From: Candidatus Marinacidobacterales bacterium | GTDB lineage: Bacteria; Acidobacteriota; Vicinamibacteria; Marinacidobacterales; DATDRI01 | Reading direction: 5' to 3' | DNA length: 64,000 nucleotides | Assembly (NCBI GenBank): GCA_965226495.1 | Contig: OZ245365.1 | Span: 2,048,001 to 2,112,000, forward strand | Shown here: positions 58,470 through 64,000 of the stretch, in pieces | Position numbering within the stretch: position 1 is the first letter of the stretch | How the letters are laid out: each line of letters begins with the position of its first letter | Notes under the pieces: model-generated | The model's database searches: none | Told to the model about the DNA's origin: nothing | The model's input: the letters and a program-made list of their open reading frames with translations, nothing else | Translations under genes and position numbers: made by a program

Positions 58470-59221
58470 CTCCCTGCTCCGCCCCCCTCGCGGAAACCTT
58501 CCCCGCCGGTGAGTTTCAGGAAAATGGGCTCGAGCTCTGGAATCTCACTTTCCGCTTGGCGCTGAAGCGCATCCATGGATCCGAGTGCGATCAGCTTTCC
58601 CTTGAGAATGATGCCGATGCGGTCGCACATCGTCTGCGCGACTTCCAGCGTATGAGTCGACATGAAGATGGTTGCACCATTTTGGCAAAGAGTGCGAAAG
58701 ATGTGCTTGATGAGGCGGTGCCCTCTCGGATCCAGTCCCACCATGGGCTCGTCGACGACCAGAACCTTGGGGTCGTGAATAAAGGAGGAGGCCATCACCA
58801 GTCGCTGTTTCATTCCATGGGAGAAACTCTCGATCAGGTTTGCACGAAACTCGCTCAGCTCGACCAGCTCGAGGAGCTCGTCGATGCGGCGCCCAACATC
58901 ATTCCCGTTGATGCCATAGATGCCAGCGACGAATTGCAGGAATTCGGTGGCGGAGAGTTTCTCGTACAGAAACGGGCGTTCGGGTATGAAACCCAGGGCC
59001 GCCTTCGCCTTTTCAGGTTCGAGATCCAGGTCGTGGCCGGCCAGCACGATGCGACCCGAGGTGGGCCGCAAGAGCCCAGCCATCATCTTGATCGTCGTTG
59101 TCTTACCGGCACCGTTGGGGCCCAGGAAGCCGAAGAGCTCACCCGGTTGGACATCGAGATCGAGTTGATCGACGGCGACGTGTTGACCATATCGCTTGGT
59201 CAGTCCTTGGAGTTTAATCAT
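58466..59221 (-). CDS. ABC transporter ATP-binding protein
   Basis: GPNGAGKT, FSHGMKQR, VVDEP, H-loop. Confidence 0.95.
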   Translation of the reverse strand: MIKLQGLTKRYGQHVAVDQLDLDVQPGELFGFLGPNGAGKTTTIKMMAGLLRPTSGRIVLAGHDLDLEPEKAKAALGFIPERPFLYEKLSATEFLQFVAGIYGINGNDVGRRIDELLELVELSEFRANLIESFSHGMKQRLVMASSFIHDPKVLVVDEPMVGLDPRGHRLIKHIFRTLCQNGATIFMSTHTLEVAQTMCDRIGIILKGKLIALGSMDALQRQAESEIPELEPIFLKLTGGEGFREGGGAGS

Positions 59222-60687
59222 TCCGCCTCCAAGATTTCGATCGTGGCCCCACGCCCCAGTAGTTTGAGAACCTCGAACTGTTGTTCGAAGCCGCCGGTGA
59301 GGAGTCGCAAGTGAAGAGGATCAGCCGGGAACTGCCCGAATGTAGGATCGACTGCCAGCCACTTGCCGACCCAGACCTCCGGCCAAGCGTGGTAGTAGAA
59401 CTGTCCCGCGCTGAAGGCGAGGCCGGTGCACATCCTAGTCGGTATCCCGGATGCTCTTGCGAGAGCGGTGAACAGCACGGTGTGCTCGTTACAGTCTCCG
59501 GCCATTTGTTCGAGAACCTCGCGCGCGCTTGGGACTGACAGAGTGGGGGTCTTGCGCACGTTCTCGTAGACCCAGCTCGTGATGACACGAGCCGCTTCGA
59601 CGGGAGAGAGGTTTGTCGTGAGTCGCGCGGCTTGCGCCTTGATGTCGGGATCGTCCGACTGCACGAAACTATCGTTGGCGAGGGCCTGCCGGCGCTCTTC
59701 ACCCGGTAGAGTGGCGGGGCCCGAAAAGGGAAGCTTCTCGACTTCGATGACCACCTCGGTGTCGAAGAGCGTTTGGCGGCCGCCGTCGAGGCCGCTCCAA
59801 GGGAACGGGAACTTCTCCAGTCGAAGCCGTGCAACCTTCAACGAGCCCGGATTTTCCGCAAAACCGATGGCGGGAACAGCGGTGGCAGCCAGCATATCGG
59901 GCGCCGGGCCTTCGTTTTGAGCTTGGAGGCCGCTCCCCGGTGCTTCCTTAATCAACGTCCAACCGAGAGGGGTTTCCTCTTTGAGTATCTCACCGTCGGC
60001 GTTGATCCAGGCGGTCGTACTGAGCCCCGCGAACCGAGAACGAATCCTGAAGGCTTCCTCTTCGCGCCCACCCCAGCGAACGATTTCTCTCTCCAGAACA
60101 GTGATCTCCGCTTCACCTTCGGTCAGGGTCATCGGATCGAGCAAGCGAAGCCGGTACTCCTGACCGGATGCCAATCCCTTGGCGGCTAGAGACCGGTGGA
60201 GGTTGATGGGTAGCACCAGCGGCTCTTCGAGTTGTCGTCGTTCGGTCCGAGAGCTGCTGCCGGACCGGATGTCGAGGACCAGCTCTTGCCCCTCTACTTT
60301 TCCTCTGACCTCAGTCTCGAATGGGGAGCGATCGGAGGCGGTTGTTAGGCGAAAGCTAAACTCGTCGAGCTCGCCGCCGGCCCCAACCGTAGCCGACCCG
60401 GCGATGTCCATTTGCCGTTCCCGGCCCAAGATGTTCAGGGTGAATCGTCCTTCTTGCTCGGCTCGCGCACCCTCTTTCAAAGGGGTGAATCTCTCTCGCA
60501 CGAAACCGATTCGATTCCCCAGATAGAATACTCCTCGCTGTGTGATGCCGGCTTCCCCGGGCGATGCGGCGTCGAGGATGGTCGCCGAGGCTTTCCTAGG
60601 GGCATTCCGTAGGATGTGCATACCGAATGCGACCGCCCAGCAGACCACAATCGCGACGGCAACGGGCCGCCCGGGCTTTATTGTCAT
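59218..60687 (-). CDS. Membrane-anchored transglutaminase-like domain protein
   Basis: GDCNEH, YHAWPEV, VDPT triad; N-terminal TM; start ATG 60687. Confidence 0.88.
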   Translation of the reverse strand: MTIKPGRPVAVAIVVCWAVAFGMHILRNAPRKASATILDAASPGEAGITQRGVFYLGNRIGFVRERFTPLKEGARAEQEGRFTLNILGRERQMDIAGSATVGAGGELDEFSFRLTTASDRSPFETEVRGKVEGQELVLDIRSGSSSRTERRQLEEPLVLPINLHRSLAAKGLASGQEYRLRLLDPMTLTEGEAEITVLEREIVRWGGREEEAFRIRSRFAGLSTTAWINADGEILKEETPLGWTLIKEAPGSGLQAQNEGPAPDMLAATAVPAIGFAENPGSLKVARLRLEKFPFPWSGLDGGRQTLFDTEVVIEVEKLPFSGPATLPGEERRQALANDSFVQSDDPDIKAQAARLTTNLSPVEAARVITSWVYENVRKTPTLSVPSAREVLEQMAGDCNEHTVLFTALARASGIPTRMCTGLAFSAGQFYYHAWPEVWVGKWLAVDPTFGQFPADPLHLRLLTGGFEQQFEVLKLLGRGATIEILEAE

Positions 60688-60792
60688 TTGAGGGATGGAC
60701 TTTCTTCTAGGAGGAACAGCGCTATTATAGCACGGTAAACCCTTGAGTAGGCAGGGCTCGCGCGTCATCACACGGCAGGGGGGAGGCGACAG

Positions 60793-61437
60793 GTGTCGGA
60801 TCGTATCAAAGTAAACCCTGACTCGCCGGAACCAGAGGTCATGAAGCACGCCGCCGAGATCGTGCGACATGGTGGGGTCATCGGCTATCCCACCGAGACC
60901 TCATACGGGCTGGGAGCTGACGCTCTCAACATCGAGGCGCGTGAAAAAATCTTCGTCATGAAGGGTCGACGAAGCGGACGGCAGCTGCCGCTCGTGGTGT
61001 ACAGTCTCGATCAACTCGCAACTCTATGCGATCCCATTCCGGCGTCGGCTCGTCTATTGGCAGAACGCTTCTGGCCTGGCCCTTTGACGGTCGTGGTTCC
61101 ACTACGCGCCCCGCTCCAAGAGGTGCTGGGCGGCGAAACGAGCGTCGCCGTGCGGATTAGTGGACTTGCGGTGGCGCGACAGTTGCCACGTGCCGTCGGA
61201 TGTTCGCTGACCGCCACCAGCGCCAACGAGAGCGGAAAACCTCCCGCGCAAACCGCGGATGAAGTGGCCGAGTTTTTCGGGGTTCGGCTGGACCTCATCC
61301 TGGACGGAGGCAGAACCTCGGGCACTCAACCGTCGACAATCGTCGACCTCCAAGGTGTCGCGCCCTTGCTTCTCCGGGCCGGGCCGGTCGATTTTGATGA
61401 GGTGCAGCACGCACTTAGCGGTGGGTCTATGCCTTGA
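60793..61437 (+). CDS. tsaC: Threonylcarbamoyl-AMP synthase (YrdC/TsaC)
   Basis: YPTETSYGL, KGR, FWPGPLT, TSANESG, PSTIVD. Confidence 0.93.
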   Translation: MSDRIKVNPDSPEPEVMKHAAEIVRHGGVIGYPTETSYGLGADALNIEAREKIFVMKGRRSGRQLPLVVYSLDQLATLCDPIPASARLLAERFWPGPLTVVVPLRAPLQEVLGGETSVAVRISGLAVARQLPRAVGCSLTATSANESGKPPAQTADEVAEFFGVRLDLILDGGRTSGTQPSTIVDLQGVAPLLLRAGPVDFDEVQHALSGGSMP

Positions 61438-61462
61438 CTTGGCGGCGGCGCGGGCATAGAAT
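61434..61462 (+). promoter_or_regulatory. Putative sigma-70 promoter
   Basis: TTGACT-N17-TAGAAT. Confidence 0.65.
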
Positions 61463-61556
61463 AACTTCGTCGTAGGGGTTGGACACCTCCACTGAATCCG
61501 TTAACTGAAAAAAATGGCCTGAGCGGGCCTCCATCACTCTTAGAGAACCCAAAACT

Positions 61557-62906
61557 GTGGGGCGGCGCGGTGCAATTCTATTGAGCTCCGCACTGGCTTT
61601 GTTCCATGCTTATGGGTGTGCCCCGGTTCGCTCGTACACCACGGTACCGGTTCCGGGTTGGAACTACGCCGCGGGACAGTTCCCGAACGCGCCGGCAAGT
61701 CTCTCCTCTGAAGATCGGGCTACGTTCGAGCAAGGCTGGCAGGCGCTCCTTACAGGCGATCTCGAGACATCGGCGCGTTTGCTGGAAGGACTCGGTCGTC
61801 AGCATCGCGATAACCCTTCGCTCGATGCGGCGATCGGTTACCTCGAGCTTCGCATGGGAAATCGCCAAACGGCGGAGAATCGGTTCGTCGTGGCGCTCGA
61901 GAAGGAACCCAAGATGTCTGCTGCGCAAGTGGGATGGTTCCTCACCGCACTCGCCGTGGACCACGAGGAAGCTGCGTTCGAACGGCTGCGTTTGCTGAGC
62001 CGGGATCATCCCGGCAACCCCCTGGTCACCGAATACATGCCGACCCTGCAGCTCAAGCTCGCCGAGACGAAGCTTCAGGAAGCCCGTTCCCTTAGGGACA
62101 AAAAGAACTATCGGGAAGCCGCCGATGTTTATCGCCAGGCCCTCAAGATCGCCCCTGAGGCGAGTGGCCTTGCCGTCGAAGTGGCGAAGGTAGAGCTGGC
62201 GGCCGGCGAACTCCGGCTCGCAGCCGAACATGCGGCCCAAGCTATCGCGTTGGAGCCGAGAAACATCGAAGCCTACCGGTTGAGAGGAGACGCCCTTCGG
62301 GAGATGGGGGATCTGGAGCTTGCCCTAGAGAACTATCGGCAAGCCATGCTTAGAAGCCCGGACGACAAGTCCCTCGCCGCGCTGTATCAGCAAACCAAAC
62401 GCGCTTTCGATCGCGAAAGCTTTCCTTCTCAGTATTTCTCGATCGCCGAATCGCCCAAGCTATCTCGTGAGCAGTTAGCAGCGCTCCTCTTCGTAAAGCT
62501 GCGCCCCGCCTTCGGGAATGCTCCCCGTCGCGTTAGCGTCATCGCGACCGACATCGGTGACAGCTGGGCACGGCAGTTTATCCGTGAGGTCGTGGCGGCC
62601 GGCATCCTGCAGATCTATCCCAACCACACGTTTCAGCCACGAGCGTTGGTTACGCGCGGCGATTTGGCGGCGGCATTGTCGGGCGCGGTGGGTGCCTTGG
62701 CCCCCGGCGCGCTTCCGAAGGAGACCCCACAGGTATCGATTGCGGATGTTGTTCCCAGCAACTTGAACTATGAACCGGTGGCACTGGCCGTCTCCCTGGG
62801 GTTCTTGTCACTGGATTCGTCGGGTCGATTCAATCCACAGCAGTTCGTTGCCGGGGCGGAGGGCCTGGCAGCCGCCGATTCTTTGGCAAGGAGAGCCATT
62901 CCTTGA
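61557..62906 (+). CDS. TPR lipoprotein with C-terminal S-layer-homology-like repeats
   Basis: Lipobox AYGC; TPRs; TDIGDSWA...GILQIYPNHTFQP...VTRGD. Confidence 0.78.
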   Translation: MGRRGAILLSSALALFHAYGCAPVRSYTTVPVPGWNYAAGQFPNAPASLSSEDRATFEQGWQALLTGDLETSARLLEGLGRQHRDNPSLDAAIGYLELRMGNRQTAENRFVVALEKEPKMSAAQVGWFLTALAVDHEEAAFERLRLLSRDHPGNPLVTEYMPTLQLKLAETKLQEARSLRDKKNYREAADVYRQALKIAPEASGLAVEVAKVELAAGELRLAAEHAAQAIALEPRNIEAYRLRGDALREMGDLELALENYRQAMLRSPDDKSLAALYQQTKRAFDRESFPSQYFSIAESPKLSREQLAALLFVKLRPAFGNAPRRVSVIATDIGDSWARQFIREVVAAGILQIYPNHTFQPRALVTRGDLAAALSGAVGALAPGALPKETPQVSIADVVPSNLNYEPVALAVSLGFLSLDSSGRFNPQQFVAGAEGLAAADSLARRAIP

Positions 62907-63580
62907 GTCTTAGCGCCGATCTATTTCGGGAAGTCCCGCTCTTCGCAGATTTAGACGAGCCGGACCTCGATAGCCTCCTTGCCGTCGCGACCCGCCGCAA
63001 GTTTCCGAAGGATTCGGTCATCTTCTTCGAGCACGATCCCGGGGACTCCTTGTTCATGATCTTGAGCGGGCGGGTCAAAGTGACGATTCTTTCCGACGAT
63101 GGACGGGAGATCATTCTTTCCGTCTTGGGGGAAAAGGATTTCTTTGGAGAGATGAGCTTGCTCGACAACGAGCCTCGCTCCGCCACCGCCATCGCCATGG
63201 AGGATACCGAGGTGGTTATCCTCCATCAAAGGGAGTTTCTGGCGATCGTGGAGAAACGACCGCGCGTCTTGGTTTTGTTGTTGGCGGTACTGTCTTCTCG
63301 CTTGCGTAAAGCCAATCACCAAATTGGAAGTCTCGCATTGCTCGATGTCTATGGACGGGTGGCCAGCGTACTCCTCGAAATGGCCAAGGAAAGCGGTACG
63401 CGCCTCAAGGACGGTCGCATCTGTTTTCGACGCCCCACCCACCAGGAGATTGCGAACATGATTGGGGCGACCCGAGAGACGGTCTCCCGTATGATTAGCG
63501 ATCTACATCGGCAGGGTTATATAGAGATCTCCGGTAAGAACGTCATCATTCAGGGACAGTTCACGAAAGAGTTCACTTAG
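62903..63580 (+). CDS. Crp/Fnr family transcriptional regulator (cNMP-binding)
   Basis: FFGEMSLL, PRSATA, HTH THQEIANMIGATRETVSR. Confidence 0.94.
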   Translation: MSLSADLFREVPLFADLDEPDLDSLLAVATRRKFPKDSVIFFEHDPGDSLFMILSGRVKVTILSDDGREIILSVLGEKDFFGEMSLLDNEPRSATAIAMEDTEVVILHQREFLAIVEKRPRVLVLLLAVLSSRLRKANHQIGSLALLDVYGRVASVLLEMAKESGTRLKDGRICFRRPTHQEIANMIGATRETVSRMISDLHRQGYIEISGKNVIIQGQFTKEFT

Positions 63581-63614
63581 ACCGATGTGTTTAAACCGTC
63601 AAGGAGGGAGGACG

Positions 63615-64000
63615 ATGAAACAATTTCTGACACCGGATCGGAACCAGTTTTTCGTGGGGTGGGTGGTGGCTTTCGTGCTGGCGACCCTGTTTTTCCCCGC
63701 GCAGGCGGACGCCCAGGCAAAGATCCGAATCGCCATTTGGGACTTCGAGAACAATGCCGAGCAGCGCTGGTGGTTTTACAACGACCTCGGTCCCGCGGCA
63801 AGAAACTACATCGACACCGCCTTTTTTGAAGACGAGACCTTGTCGGCCCAGTTCAGCGTGATCGAGCGGGAGAAGCTCGACATGGTGCTGAAGGAGCAGG
63901 GTTTGGCCACGACGGGTGCTCTCGATCAGCAGACTGCGGCCAAGGTTGGGAAGGTCCTGGGGATCAAGTACATTCTCACTGGCGCAGTGGACAAGTTCGC
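63615..64000 (+). CDS. CsgG/HfaB-family exported protein (3'-truncated; not in ORF track)
   Basis: Manual translation: RBS GGAGG, signal peptide, KIRIAIWDFEN...FSVIEREKLDMVLKEQGL...AAKVGKVLGIKYILTGAV. Confidence 0.8.
   Translation, partial: MKQFLTPDRNQFFVGWVVAFVLATLFFPAQADAQAKIRIAIWDFENNAEQRWWFYNDLGPAARNYIDTAFFEDETLSAQFSVIEREKLDMVLKEQGLATTGALDQQTAAKVGKVLGIKYILTGAVDKF

Overview
GC-rich, gene-dense bacterial chromosomal segment, most likely Acidobacteriota (inferred from the GWxTD protein, Oar-type TonB receptor, CRTAC1/ASPIC protein, TPR proteins and DUF222-like HNH protein). Housekeeping blocks: lysC-dapB-dapA-dapD-aminotransferase, mutY, leuS-lptE-holA, rpsT, fadE, murJ, xerD, tsaC, crp. 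No rRNA, tRNA or CRISPR array was seen. The most notable feature is a ~17 kb candidate nucleoside-utilisation locus (25.2-42.8 kb). It encodes four signal-peptide-bearing nucleoside hydrolases with different active-site motifs, a lipoprotein two-domain cytidine deaminase, ribokinase, two DMT transporters, a TonB-dependent receptor, a CblS-like (alpha-ribazole kinase-like) enzyme and an ADP-ribosylglycohydrolase. Purine and phosphate salvage genes lie just upstream. Also present: a 10-gene Mrp/Mbh-type membrane operon bracketed by two of three copies of a palindromic ACAGGAT repeat, a short palindromic element with a 17-bp flanking duplication, a phage-decoration-like domain on the GWxTD protein, several apparently leaderless genes, and three lesions (one internal deletion, two tandem duplications) that may be assembly artefacts. 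All family calls come from motif recognition; no database search was run.
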